From Candidatus Binatia bacterium (GTDB lineage: Bacteria > Chloroflexota > Limnocylindria > Limnocylindrales > CSP1-4): a DNA stretch of 46,057 nt. The notes below the pieces were generated by a model, which saw only the letters and a program-made list of their open reading frames with translations, was not told the origin of the DNA and ran no database searches. Numbering within the stretch: position 1 is the stretch's first letter; the number at the start of each line of letters is the position of its first letter. Below, in pieces: positions 33,819 to 43,339 of this stretch. Location: assembly GCA_035574535.1 (NCBI GenBank), contig DATLYV010000028.1:1-46057 (forward strand), written 5' to 3'. The translations under genes were made by a program, and so were the position numbers.

Positions 33819-34574
33819 TCAGGAGAACGCCGCCCGCGCGGCGTCGAACAGGCGGATCAGGACCGGGGCGAGCACGATCCCGGGCAGGAAGTTCGCGAGC
33901 CGGACCTGCTTGAGGTCGAGCAGCCGGAGCCCGACGCCCAGGAGCATCACGCCCGCCACGGCCGTGACGACGAGGATCGTGACCTCGTCGAAGAAGCCCT
34001 GCAGCAGGAACGCCCCGAGCGCGATCCCGCCCTGGACGACGAGGACGGTGATGATCGAGAGGTACACGCCGGCGCCGAGCGCCGCCGCGAACGCGACGCT
34101 CGCGACCCCGTCCAGGAGGGACTTGGTGGCGAGGAGCGTGATGTCGCCTCGGAGCCCGTTGTCGAGGCTGCCGAGGATGGTCAGCGGCCCGATGCAGAAG
34201 ACGACGCTGGTCGTCACGAAGGCCTCCGCGACGCGGGTCGGCCGGTCGCCGGCGCCGCGGGAGCTCGCGAGGCGACGCTGGAACCATGCGCCGAGGCCCT
34301 CGAGGCGGTCGTGGAGCCGGAGCCACTCCCCCACTGCCACGCCGAGCAGCAGCCCGCCGAGCACCGCGAGCGAGTCCTCCGGTCGGGCGGCCGGGTCCTG
34401 GAAGACCTGGAGGGCCATCGACATCGCGATCGCGAGGGTGAACAGCCCCAGGCCGGTGGTCAGGCTCTCGCGGAGCTGCGCCGACACCCGCGCCGCCGCG
34501 ACGAGCCCGATCGTCGTCCCGATCGCGACCGCGACGGCGTTGAGGATCGTGCCGGACAGCGCGTCGAAGATCAT
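33819..34574 (-). CDS. DUF554-family membrane protein
   Basis: GTILNAVAVAIGTTIG...FCIGPLTILGSLDNGLRGD...LLATKSLLDGV is typical of the YdfK/YqgA-like DUF554 family. Start at the internal ATG at 34574. Confidence 0.8.
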   Translation of the reverse strand: MIFDALSGTILNAVAVAIGTTIGLVAAARVSAQLRESLTTGLGLFTLAIAMSMALQVFQDPAARPEDSLAVLGGLLLGVAVGEWLRLHDRLEGLGAWFQRRLASSRGAGDRPTRVAEAFVTTSVVFCIGPLTILGSLDNGLRGDITLLATKSLLDGVASVAFAAALGAGVYLSIITVLVVQGGIALGAFLLQGFFDEVTILVVTAVAGVMLLGVGLRLLDLKQVRLANFLPGIVLAPVLIRLFDAARAAFS

Positions 34575-34668
34575 CGCGGCATGGTAGAAGGCTCCAACGC
34601 GGCCGGGCGGGGCTGCGATGTCCCTGTCAGCGCGGCAGGTCGAGGCTGGGGCCCAAGGAGGCGATGCC

Positions 34669-34812
34669 ATGCCAGCCAAGACCGAGAAGCAGCGCAAGTT
34701 CATGGGCGCCGAGCTCCAGCGCAAGCGCGAGGGCAAGAAGACCCGGACGGGGATGAGCGAAGCGGAGCTCGAGAAGATGGCCAGCAAGGACGACAACAAA
34801 GGCAAGGACTAG
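34669..34812 (+). CDS. DUF3008-family small basic protein
   Basis: MPAKTEKQRKFMGAELQRKREGKKTRTGMSE signature. AAGGAGG RBS upstream. Confidence 0.7.
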   Translation: MPAKTEKQRKFMGAELQRKREGKKTRTGMSEAELEKMASKDDNKGKD

Positions 34813-34869
34813 GCACGCGGCCATGGCGAGTCGTCCTGGCGGTCGACGCGGCCGGTCGCCGGGCGGTCG

Positions 34870-35784
34870 CTAGCGGTCTGGCGCCTCGCGAGAGGGCCGC
34901 GCAGGCGGCTCGAACGACTGCAGGAGGCGCCAGAACGCACGGGCGGCGTCGTTGCGCTGCTCCTCGTCGAGCGAGCGGATCGCGACGATGCGGCGCTCGA
35001 TCGGCGGGCTGCCGATGAGGTCGATCCGTCGGAGGCTGCCGTCGCGCAGCTCGGTCGCGACCGCCGTCGTCGGCAGCAGCGCGACGCCGAGGCCCGCGAG
35101 CACCATCTGCTTCGCCGCGTCGATGTGGTCGAGCTCGAGGACGCCGCGCGGGAACGACCCGGCCGGCCGGAAGAGCGCGCTCGTCAGATCGTAGTAGCTC
35201 GACGTCCGGTCGAACAGGATCAGCCGCGCGTCGCGCAGCCGGTCGATGGTCACGCGGCGCTGCCGCGCGAGCGGGTGCCCCGGGTCGACGACCAGGACCA
35301 GCTCGTCGTCGTAGAGGACCATCGTCTCGAGCGCCGGGTGGTGGAGCTCCCGGACGAGGCCGATGTCGACGTCGCCGCGAACGACCATCTCGAGCACCTG
35401 CTCCGAGTGGCCGGTCCGGACGCTCAGTCGGACCTCCGGATTGGCCTCCTCGTACCGCACCAGCAGGCCTGGCAGGACGTAGGTGCTGATCGCGGGCGCC
35501 GCGCCGAGCACGAGCTCCTCGACGGCCGGGAGACGCTCGATGGCGCTGGCGCCGTCGCGGAGCGCACGCATCGCCCGCTCGGCGTAGGGCAGGAAGGCGC
35601 GGCCCGCGTCGGTCAGTGCCATGCCTCGGCGGCCGCGGCGGAACAGCGGCGCCCCGACCTCGGCTTCAAGCGCGCGCAGCCGCGCGGTGAGCGCGGGCTG
35701 GGTGATGAACAGCGATTCCGCAGCGCGGCTGAGATTCCCGCGACGGGCGACCTCGAGGAAGCCTTCGACCTGTGCCAGCTGCAT
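34870..35784 (-). CDS. LysR-family transcriptional regulator
   Basis: N-terminal HTH (FLEVARRGNLSRAAESLFITQPALTARLRALE) and a LysR substrate-binding domain. Confidence 0.9.
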   Translation of the reverse strand: MQLAQVEGFLEVARRGNLSRAAESLFITQPALTARLRALEAEVGAPLFRRGRRGMALTDAGRAFLPYAERAMRALRDGASAIERLPAVEELVLGAAPAISTYVLPGLLVRYEEANPEVRLSVRTGHSEQVLEMVVRGDVDIGLVRELHHPALETMVLYDDELVLVVDPGHPLARQRRVTIDRLRDARLILFDRTSSYYDLTSALFRPAGSFPRGVLELDHIDAAKQMVLAGLGVALLPTTAVATELRDGSLRRIDLIGSPPIERRIVAIRSLDEEQRNDAARAFWRLLQSFEPPARPSREAPDR

Positions 35785-35844
35785 GCGGCGCGCCTCGACC
35801 GACGTTGCGCCCGCGTGGCCGGACGCTCAAGGTTGCGCTGGACC

Positions 35845-35859
35845 ATAACAGATGCTTAT
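35845..35859. promoter_or_regulatory. LysR-type T-N11-A box (ATAACAGATGCTTAT) in the divergent intergenic region
   Basis: An AT-rich dyad (ATAA-N7-TTAT) within a GC-rich spacer between the LysR gene and the small-ORF/ICL-like operon. Confidence 0.35.
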
Positions 35860-35962
35860 GGCTGCAATCCAGCAGTTCGATTGGACTTGATACATCCGGC
35901 CAGGCACCGTGGCGTCCTCGCGGGCCGCCCCTGGCCCGCGACTTGTCCCGAGGAGGCTCGCG

Positions 35963-36268
35963 ATGACCATCACGGCCCCGACGAAGATCACGATCGAAGT
36001 GCACCCGGCCACGGGCCCGGGCGCCGACGGCTCGGCCGGAGCCGCGGTCATCCGGGTCATCCCGGAGCCGCTGCTCGACGTCGACGCAACGCGGCACGAC
36101 GGGTCGCCGCGCCTCGCCTCGCAGCCGGTCGTCGAGCGTGCGCCCGTCGCGCCGCGGGTGGTTGCGGCCGAGTCGCGGATCGAGCAGCCGGTCCCCGCGG
36201 CGTACGACCCCGGCGAGTGCCGCTGCCTCGACGACGAGGACTGCGCCGCCGACCACGCGAACGAGTAG
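35963..36268 (+). CDS. Hypothetical 101-aa protein, first gene of the ICL-family operon
   Basis: GAGGAGG RBS. Very high GC3 throughout. Stop lies 4 nt before the next ATG. No family recognised. Acidic Cys-containing C-terminus DPGECRCLDDEDCAADHANE. Confidence 0.55.
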   Translation: MTITAPTKITIEVHPATGPGADGSAGAAVIRVIPEPLLDVDATRHDGSPRLASQPVVERAPVAPRVVAAESRIEQPVPAAYDPGECRCLDDEDCAADHANE

Positions 36269-36272
36269 CGCC

Positions 36273-37478
36273 ATGGCCACGATGAACGCCGCGCCGCAGG
36301 CGCCGACGTCGCCACGGCCGCAGGCGTCGCCGCGGGCGCACGACACGCGTGCCCGCGAACTCGCCCCCACGCCGCTGCTGCCGGAGGGCTTCGAGGTCCC
36401 CGTCTCGCGCTGGATCCACCCGGCGACGCGCTTCCGCGAGCTGCTCCGCACGGAGCCGTACCTGTTCGGCCCGGGCGTCTACGACCCGATGGGCGCCCAG
36501 CTCGTCATGTACCACGGCTTCAAGGCCGTGTACTTCAGCGGCTACTCGTTCGCGATCGGCCACCTCGGCACGACCGACATGGACCTCTACAGCGGCCCGG
36601 AGATCGCCGACGGCGCCCGGCGCACGGTCAGCGCCCTCCGCAAGTTCCAGCTGACCCAGGCGGTCGGCGACCCGGGGAAGGGCATCCCGCCGCGCCACCT
36701 CGACATCCCACCGGTCGTGGTCGACATGGACGCCGGCTACGGGAACATCTTCAACGTCCAGCGCCAGACGGAGCTGCTGGTCACCGCCGGTGTTGCCGCG
36801 GCTCACCTCGAGGACCAAGTCCTTCCGAAGCGCTGCGGACACATCGGCGGCAAGGCGCTCGTGCCGGCGCAGGAGATGGTCGGCAAGCTCCGGATGATGC
36901 GGGCCGTCGCGGACGACCTGGGCGTCCCCGACTTTTCGATCATCGCCCGGACTGACGGCCTCTCCGCTGTCGACGCGCCCGAGCCGACACGCGGCCTCGA
37001 GCTGGCGATCGAGCGGGCGTGCCGCTACCTCGACACGGGCATCCCAGACCTCGTCTGGTGCGAGTTCCCGACCTCTGACCGCGGCCCGGTCGAGGAATTT
37101 GCCGCGGCCGTCCGGCGGCGCTTCCCCGATGCGCGCTTCGCGTTCAACTGGTCGTCGTCGTTCAAGTGGTACCTGGACCCGGACCCGCTGACGTTCGAGC
37201 AGCTGGGCGAGCTCGGCTTCGCGTTCATCTTCATCACGCTCGGCGGGCAGCACGCGGCTGGCCACGGGCTGTCGACGCTGCTCGCGGCGATGGCCGAGCG
37301 GCGGGAGCAGGGCTACATCGAGCTGCAGCGGCGCGAGTTCGAGGCGGGCGCCGACATCCCGACGCGCTCGCACCACGAGTTCAGCGGCGTGCCGTACCAC
37401 CACGAGGTCGGCAAGGCCTTCGACGCGGCCCGGCTCGGCCGGGAGTTCGAGGAGCTGCCCGAGGAGAAGGTCGTCTAG
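36273..37478 (+). CDS. Isocitrate lyase / PEP mutase superfamily protein (ICL-like KRCGH motif)
   Basis: Contains YFSGY, VDMDAGYG, HLEDQVLPKRCGHIGGKALVP and IIARTD. Confidence 0.85.
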   Translation: MATMNAAPQAPTSPRPQASPRAHDTRARELAPTPLLPEGFEVPVSRWIHPATRFRELLRTEPYLFGPGVYDPMGAQLVMYHGFKAVYFSGYSFAIGHLGTTDMDLYSGPEIADGARRTVSALRKFQLTQAVGDPGKGIPPRHLDIPPVVVDMDAGYGNIFNVQRQTELLVTAGVAAAHLEDQVLPKRCGHIGGKALVPAQEMVGKLRMMRAVADDLGVPDFSIIARTDGLSAVDAPEPTRGLELAIERACRYLDTGIPDLVWCEFPTSDRGPVEEFAAAVRRRFPDARFAFNWSSSFKWYLDPDPLTFEQLGELGFAFIFITLGGQHAAGHGLSTLLAAMAERREQGYIELQRREFEAGADIPTRSHHEFSGVPYHHEVGKAFDAARLGREFEELPEEKVV

Positions 37479-37522
37479 GCACCTGGCCGGTCGATGCGGT
37501 CGCCCGCGGCTAACCTGCCCGG

Positions 37523-38494
37523 GTGACCACCGAACCCGAGGCCGCCGCCGCGGCCGACGCGCTCGCTCCCGCCGGCATCGCTCCCGACGCGCTCGCTCCC
37601 GACGCGCTCGCTCCCGACGCCAACCGGGCCGACGCCTCCGCATCCGAGTGCGTCGACGCGGAAGCCCCCGACGGCACGCGCTACGACGAGCTCGCCGAGA
37701 GCTACGTCCGCCACTGGGCCCCGGTCCTGCGCGAGGCGGCGCTCGGCGTCCTCGACCAGCTCGCGCCCGAGATCGAGGCGGCCGACGGCCGGGAGCTTCG
37801 CCTGCTCGACGTCGGCGCCGGGACGGGCATGCTTTCGCTCGCGGCGCTGCGGCGCTGGCGCAACGTCCGCGTCACCGGCATCGATCCGTCGGCGGGAATG
37901 CTCGAGGTTGCGCGCCGAACGGCCGCCGAGGAGCTCGCTCCCGAGGCCGCCGCGCGCTTCCGGACAGCGGTCGCCTCCGCCGAGGAGCTGCCCGACGACC
38001 TCGGCCGCTTCGACGCGGCGATGTCCTCGTTCGTCCTCCAGCTCGTCCGGAATCGAACGGCGGCCCTGCGTGCGGTTCACCGCGTGCTCGTCCCGGGCGC
38101 ACCGTTCGCCTGGGTGAGCTGGCTGCGGACGGATCGGCCCTTCGAGCCGGATCGCATCGCGAACGAGGTCCTCGACGACTTCGGCTTCGACCCGCCAGAG
38201 CCCGGCGATGGCCCGGACGACTTCGCCTCGGTCAATGCGGCCGCGGCGGTCATGCGCAAGGCCGGCTTCCACGACATCCGCGCCTGGCCGGCCGAGACCA
38301 CCTTCGCCTGGGACCCCGAGGGCTACCTCGGGTTCCTGACCGAGTTCGACGAGGCCTCGCTCTTCGACGACCTCGACGCCGACGAGCGCGCCGACATCGA
38401 GGGCCGCATCCTCGACGGCCTCCGCGGCCTCACCCCCGACGACCTGACCCTCTGCCTCCCGGTCGTCTACGTGACGGGCCGCACCCCCGCGTAG
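37523..38494 (+). CDS. Class I SAM-dependent methyltransferase
   Basis: Motif I LLDVGAGTGMLS, motif post-I VTGIDPS, and VLVPGAPF. GTG start. Confidence 0.85.
   Translation: MTTEPEAAAAADALAPAGIAPDALAPDALAPDANRADASASECVDAEAPDGTRYDELAESYVRHWAPVLREAALGVLDQLAPEIEAADGRELRLLDVGAGTGMLSLAALRRWRNVRVTGIDPSAGMLEVARRTAAEELAPEAAARFRTAVASAEELPDDLGRFDAAMSSFVLQLVRNRTAALRAVHRVLVPGAPFAWVSWLRTDRPFEPDRIANEVLDDFGFDPPEPGDGPDDFASVNAAAAVMRKAGFHDIRAWPAETTFAWDPEGYLGFLTEFDEASLFDDLDADERADIEGRILDGLRGLTPDDLTLCLPVVYVTGRTPA
37557..37616 (+). repeat. Four tandem 15-bp units (GACGCGCTCGCTCCC; one variant) inside the methyltransferase 5' end
   Basis: Read directly from the sequence. In frame, encoding DALAP/AGIAP pentapeptide repeats. 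Confidence 0.7.
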
Positions 38495-38832
38495 CCGGCT
38501 GCCAGCCCGGCTTCCGTGACGGGACCGCCGCAGGCTGGCCCACGGGCCCCGTCTCGGGCGCGATCGACGGCCGTGGACCCCGTCGACCGGCTTGCCGGCC
38601 TGGACGCGGCGTCGGCGTCATGCAACCCGGGCTGCCAGCCCCGCGCCTCGGAATCGACGGTGCTGCGCAGCGTCAGCCGGATCGGACGCACGGCGATCGG
38701 CGAACCGCACCGCGGTGATTGCCCCAGAGGCATCGCCATCGGAGGACGGGTCCAGAACGCGCTGTTCGAGGCGGCCGCCGCCAACGCAACGGCGCCCCAC
38801 GAGCGAGGCGCCCGCCGCGACCGGCCGGGAGG

Positions 38833-39537
38833 TTACCCCTCCCCGCCCTCCGATGACTCGCCACCACCGGCCTCGGCGCCAGCAGCGCCCGCGCCGGCCT
38901 CGGCGGCACCCTCCTCGCCCTCGGCGGCCTCGCCCTCGGCGGCCTCGGCCACCACCGGCTCCTCCTCGACGCGCGGCGGCAGGACCTTGGCCACGACCTC
39001 GTCGCCGTCGGTCAGGAGCGTCGCGTCGGACGGGATCTCGAGGTCGCGGACGTGGATCGCGTCATCGAACGTGCGGAGCGACTCGATCGAGTAGTGGATC
39101 GACTGCGGCAGGTGATCCGGCAGCGCGCGCACCCGGACGTGCTCGAGCGACCGCAGGAGCGTCCCGCCGCCCTTGTCGATCGCGTCGGAGACGCCCTCGG
39201 CCACGAGCGGCACGTCGACCGTCAGCTCCTCGGTCATCCGCACGACGTACAGGTCGACGTGCAGCGGACGACGGGTCACGCGGTGGGTCTGGACGCCGTG
39301 AATGAGGACCGGTGTCGGCTTGCCGCCGTCGACCGTCAGGTCGATCAGGGCGTTGACCCCGGCGTGCTTGCGCAGCTGCTCGAACTCGTGGGCGTCGACG
39401 GAGACGGAGTCGGATTCGAGACCGCGACCGTAGACGACGGCCGGCAGGCGGCCGGCGGCGCGCAGGTGGGCGACCTTTTTGCCCTTGATCGCGCGGCGCT
39501 CGGCGGCGAGCTTCGGGCGGGCGGGAGCGGCGGACAT
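38833..39537 (-). CDS. rplY: 50S ribosomal protein L25 / general stress protein Ctc, with acidic C-terminal tail
   Basis: Contains KGKKVAHLRAAGRLPAVVYG and HVDLYVV. Start at the internal ATG at 39537 of the long track ORF. Confidence 0.9.
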   Translation of the reverse strand: MSAAPARPKLAAERRAIKGKKVAHLRAAGRLPAVVYGRGLESDSVSVDAHEFEQLRKHAGVNALIDLTVDGGKPTPVLIHGVQTHRVTRRPLHVDLYVVRMTEELTVDVPLVAEGVSDAIDKGGGTLLRSLEHVRVRALPDHLPQSIHYSIESLRTFDDAIHVRDLEIPSDATLLTDGDEVVAKVLPPRVEEEPVVAEAAEGEAAEGEEGAAEAGAGAAGAEAGGGESSEGGEG

Positions 39538-39594
39538 GCGGAAATGGGCCTCCGGAGGGATCGATCGGGCGGGTAACCCTACCATGAGCCGGAC

Positions 39595-40293
39595 ATGGCC
39601 GCCACGATCCTGATCGTCGAGGACGAGCACGCGGTTGCGCGTGGGATCCAGTACGCCCTCCAGCAGGAGGGCTACGAGGTGGCCCTTGCCCGCTCGGGCG
39701 AGGAGGGCCTCGAGATGGCCACCACCGGCGCGCCGGACCTCGTCCTGCTCGACGTCCGCCTCCCCGGCATGGACGGCTTCGAGGTGCTCCGCCGGCTCCG
39801 CGCCGCCGGCACGAAGGCGCCCGTGCTCATGCTCACCGCCCGCGACGAGGAGGTCGACAAGGTCATCGGCCTCGAGCTCGGCGCCGACGACTACCTGACC
39901 AAACCGTTCGGACTGCGCGAGCTCCTGAGCCGGATCAAGGCGCTGCTGCGCCGGGCCTACGGCGACCTCGCGGACGCGGCCGGCGGGCGCGTGATCCGGC
40001 ACCGCGACCTGCTCATCGACCTCGACCGCCGGCGCGTCCAGCGCGGCGACCGCCGGATCAGCCTGACCCCGACCGAGTTCGAGATCCTCCGCCACCTCGC
40101 GAGCAAGCCGGGTCGCGTCTACACCCGCGCCGAGCTGCTCGACCTGCTGCGTGACTACGAGGCCCTCGACCAGGACGAGAAGACCATCAACGTCCACGTC
40201 AGCCACCTGCGCGACAAGCTCGAGGACGACCCGACGCACCCGGCGTTCGTCCAGACGATCCGCGGTGTCGGGTACGCGTTCGCCGAGCGTTGA
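39595..40293 (+). CDS. OmpR-family response regulator
   Basis: Contains ILIVEDE, LVLLDVRLPGMDG, LTARD, DDYLTKPF, and the winged helix LTPTEFEIL...IRGVGYAF. Confidence 0.9.
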   Translation: MAATILIVEDEHAVARGIQYALQQEGYEVALARSGEEGLEMATTGAPDLVLLDVRLPGMDGFEVLRRLRAAGTKAPVLMLTARDEEVDKVIGLELGADDYLTKPFGLRELLSRIKALLRRAYGDLADAAGGRVIRHRDLLIDLDRRRVQRGDRRISLTPTEFEILRHLASKPGRVYTRAELLDLLRDYEALDQDEKTINVHVSHLRDKLEDDPTHPAFVQTIRGVGYAFAER

Positions 40294-41899
40294 GGCTCGG
40301 CCGGAGAATCGAGCGGAGGGTCGCGTCGACGCGCTCGCCGACGGCCTCGCCCCCAGGACCTTCCAGGGCCGTCTGACCCTGGCCTTCGTCGCCGTCGTGG
40401 CGGTGACGCTCGGCCTGGTCGGGCTGCTGGTGGTCAACCGGCTCGGCGCGTACTTCGACCAGCAGCAGCGGGACGAGCTCCAGGCCCGCGCGGACAGCGT
40501 CGCACGGTTCGTGATCGACACGGCCCAGAACGCGGCGACGGTCCGGCCGGTCGTGACGCCGGACGGCGAGCTCGACCCGGTCGTCGCCCTGGAGCTCTCG
40601 AAGGCCTCCCAGTTGCGGTTCATCGCCGACCGGCTGGCCCAGGCCGACGTCCAGTTCCGGATCGGGACGCTGGAGGGCGACACGTTCGTCGCGGCGATCA
40701 ACGGCTCGTTCACCGCCGAGCACGCCGCGCAGCCGCAGGGCGGCCAGACAGAGGAGCCGATCGTCAGCGACACCGTCCGCCTGGAGAACCGGGCCGCGAC
40801 CCCGCCCTACGCGGTCGAGGTCACGCTGGTCAGCCCGTTCACGTACCGCGCGACGGCGATCCAGAACGTCACTGGCCTGCTGGCGATCATCGGCCTGATT
40901 GCGCTCGCCGTCGCGGTCGTCGTCGCCGCGGCGCTCACGCGGCGCATCACGACGCCGCTGCGCCGCCTCACCGAGGCGAGCCGCGACCTGGCGGAGGGCG
41001 ACTTCGCCCGCCGCGTGCCGATCGAGGTCATCGAGGACGGCCCGATCGAGCTGTCGAAGCTGGGCCTCCAGTTCAACGTCATGGCCGAGCGGCTCCAGGA
41101 GAGCATCGAGATCATCCGCCGCGACCGCGACCGCAGCCGCGAGTTCCTGGCCGACGTCTCCCACGAGCTGCGGACGCCGATCGCCGCGCTCCGCACCTTC
41201 AACGAGCTGCTCACCGAGGGCGCCGCCGACGATCCCCAGGCCCGCGCCGAGTTCCTCGAGACGAGCCGCGCGCAGCTGGAGCGGCTGGACTGGCTGGCCC
41301 AGAACCTGCTCGAGCTCTCGAAGCTCGATTCCGGCCTCGTGCTCCTCGACCTCCGGCCGGAGGACCTCCGCTCGTCCGTGGAGCAGGCCGTGGAGCAGTC
41401 CGCGGCCACGGCCCGGCGCCGCGGCGTGGAGCTGACGGTGGGCGTGCCGGAGACGCCGATCCCGTTGCGCCACGACCCGGTCAGGATCGGGCAGGTCGTG
41501 ACGAACCTCGTGGGCAACGCGATCAAGTTCACGCCGCGCGGCGGCCGCGTGCGGGTCGAGGTCAGCCCGGAGGCGCGCGGGGCCGCGTCGATCACCGTCG
41601 CCGACACGGGGATCGGGATCGAGCCCGCGGAGCTGCCGCGGATCTTCGACCGCTTCTTCCGGGGCTCGCGGGCCGCCGAGGCGCGCGGGAGCGGCAGCGG
41701 GCTCGGCCTGGCGATCGTGCGGAGCATCGTCGAGATGCATGGCGGGACGGTCACGGTCGAGAGCCGGCCGGGGGCGGGCAGCACGTTCCGCGTCACGCTC
41801 CCGGCGAACCCGCGACCGCCCGCGACGGCGCCGTCGGCGAGCGTGGCGGAAACTTCACCCGCAGCCGCCCAGAACCTGAACCCTGAACCCGCACCCTAG
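40265..41899 (+). CDS. Sensor histidine kinase (TM-periplasmic-TM-HAMP-HisKA-HATPase)
   Basis: H-box FLADVSHELRTPIAAL, N-box VTNLVGNAIKFT, and G-boxes DTGIGI and GSGLGLAIV. No ATG lies near the first TM. The GTG at 40265 (29-nt overlap with the response regulator) is the nearest canonical start. Confidence 0.85.
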   Translation: MSGTRSPSVEARPENRAEGRVDALADGLAPRTFQGRLTLAFVAVVAVTLGLVGLLVVNRLGAYFDQQQRDELQARADSVARFVIDTAQNAATVRPVVTPDGELDPVVALELSKASQLRFIADRLAQADVQFRIGTLEGDTFVAAINGSFTAEHAAQPQGGQTEEPIVSDTVRLENRAATPPYAVEVTLVSPFTYRATAIQNVTGLLAIIGLIALAVAVVVAAALTRRITTPLRRLTEASRDLAEGDFARRVPIEVIEDGPIELSKLGLQFNVMAERLQESIEIIRRDRDRSREFLADVSHELRTPIAALRTFNELLTEGAADDPQARAEFLETSRAQLERLDWLAQNLLELSKLDSGLVLLDLRPEDLRSSVEQAVEQSAATARRRGVELTVGVPETPIPLRHDPVRIGQVVTNLVGNAIKFTPRGGRVRVEVSPEARGAASITVADTGIGIEPAELPRIFDRFFRGSRAAEARGSGSGLGLAIVRSIVEMHGGTVTVESRPGAGSTFRVTLPANPRPPATAPSASVAETSPAAAQNLNPEPAP

Positions 41900-41905
41900 A
41901 CCCAG

Positions 41906-43339
41906 ATGACCGACCAGCCCTTCGACACGGACGCCGCCTCGCGCCCCACCGAGCCCTACCCCATGTCGCCGGCCTCCGAGCGCCCGTCCGGTGCGCCCCA
42001 CGGATCGACGACCTCCACGACAGCGACGTCGGCGCCCTCGCCCCCGCCGCCCGCCGCGACCTTCTCGCCGACGCCGCAGCCGCGGCCGGACTGGGCCCGC
42101 TCCGCGTGGGACGATCCGGCGCCGAGCCCGCCGCCGGTCGCGACGGCCCCGGTGGGCCGGGATGCCTCTGGGCGCAACGAGCTGCCGCCGCGCGGCAACG
42201 GCCTCGGGCAGCTTTTGGCCGTGGCGGCCCTCAGCGCCGTGCTGGCCTCCGGCGGCACCGTGCTGCTCCTCCAGGGCACCGGCGCGCTCGACCCCGCCGG
42301 CAGCGCGCCGACCGCGACCCAGCAGCCCCTGGCCAGCCGCGCGCCCGCCCTGATCGACCAGAACTCGGCCGTCGTCCAGGCGGCCGCGACGGTCAGCCCG
42401 GCGGTCGTCCGGATCATCGTCGAGGGCGTCAGCACGGATATCTTCGGCGGCCCGATCCCGGAGACCGGCGTCGGCTCGGGGATCATCTACGACGCGAACG
42501 GCTGGATCCTGACCAACAAGCACGTCGTCCAGACGGCCGACGGCTCGACCGCCACGCGCATGACCGTCGAGCTCAAGGACGGCCGCGAGTTCCAGGGCCG
42601 CGTCTACGGCATCGACACCCTCACCGACCTCGCGATCGTCAAGATCGACGCGACCGGCCTCCCGACCGCCCCGATCGGGCGGTCGGCGGACATCCGGGTC
42701 GGCCAGCTCGCGATCGCGATCGGGTCGCCGCTGGGCACCTACACGAACACGGTCACGACCGGGATCATCTCGGCCACGGGCCGGACGGTGCGCGTCAGCG
42801 CGGACCAGCAGCTGACGAACCTCATCCAGACCGACGCCGCGATCAACCCCGGCAACAGCGGCGGTCCGCTCCTCGACGCGGCGGGCTCGGTCATCGGAAT
42901 CAACACCGCCGTCGAGCGCGACTCGACCGGCATCGGCTTCGCCATCCCGATCGACATCGCCCGCCCGATCATGCAGCAGGCACTGCTCGGCCAGGAGCTG
43001 GCCCGGCCGTACGTCGGGATCCGCTACCAGCCGATCGACATGAAGCTGAAGAACGACGAGAACCTGCCGGTCGATCACGGGGCGCTGATCGGGCCGGCGG
43101 TGGCGCGCGACGGCTCGCAGCTCCCGGCGATCGAGCCCGGGAGCCCGGCGGACGAGGCGGGTCTGCGCGACGGCGACATCATCCTCGCCATCGAGGGCCA
43201 GACGATCGACGCGGAGCACCCGCTCGACGCGGTCCTCACGAGCTTCGCGCCCGGTCAGACAGTCAAGCTCGCGGTCCTGCGCGACGGCAACGAGATGGAG
43301 GTCAGCGTCACGCTCGGGACGCGGCCAGAGAACCTCTAG
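41906..43339 (+). CDS. HtrA/DegP-family serine protease with PDZ domain
   Basis: Catalytic triad contexts TNKHVV, DLAIVK and GNSGGPL. C-terminal PDZ (GDIILAIEGQ). The stop overlaps the folB stop (CTAG). Confidence 0.9.
   Translation: MTDQPFDTDAASRPTEPYPMSPASERPSGAPHGSTTSTTATSAPSPPPPAATFSPTPQPRPDWARSAWDDPAPSPPPVATAPVGRDASGRNELPPRGNGLGQLLAVAALSAVLASGGTVLLLQGTGALDPAGSAPTATQQPLASRAPALIDQNSAVVQAAATVSPAVVRIIVEGVSTDIFGGPIPETGVGSGIIYDANGWILTNKHVVQTADGSTATRMTVELKDGREFQGRVYGIDTLTDLAIVKIDATGLPTAPIGRSADIRVGQLAIAIGSPLGTYTNTVTTGIISATGRTVRVSADQQLTNLIQTDAAINPGNSGGPLLDAAGSVIGINTAVERDSTGIGFAIPIDIARPIMQQALLGQELARPYVGIRYQPIDMKLKNDENLPVDHGALIGPAVARDGSQLPAIEPGSPADEAGLRDGDIILAIEGQTIDAEHPLDAVLTSFAPGQTVKLAVLRDGNEMEVSVTLGTRPENL

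Noticed and set aside
36057-37643. 528-aa minus-strand ORF antisense to the ICL-family gene
   Set aside because: Low-complexity translation. The plus-strand gene has the KRCGH signature.
40151-40264. ATG at 40151 as the start of the second histidine kinase
   Set aside because: It would overlap the response-regulator gene by 143 nt and add an Arg/Ser/Thr-rich out-of-frame-looking extension. The GTG at 40265 is the nearest canonical start to the first TM segment.
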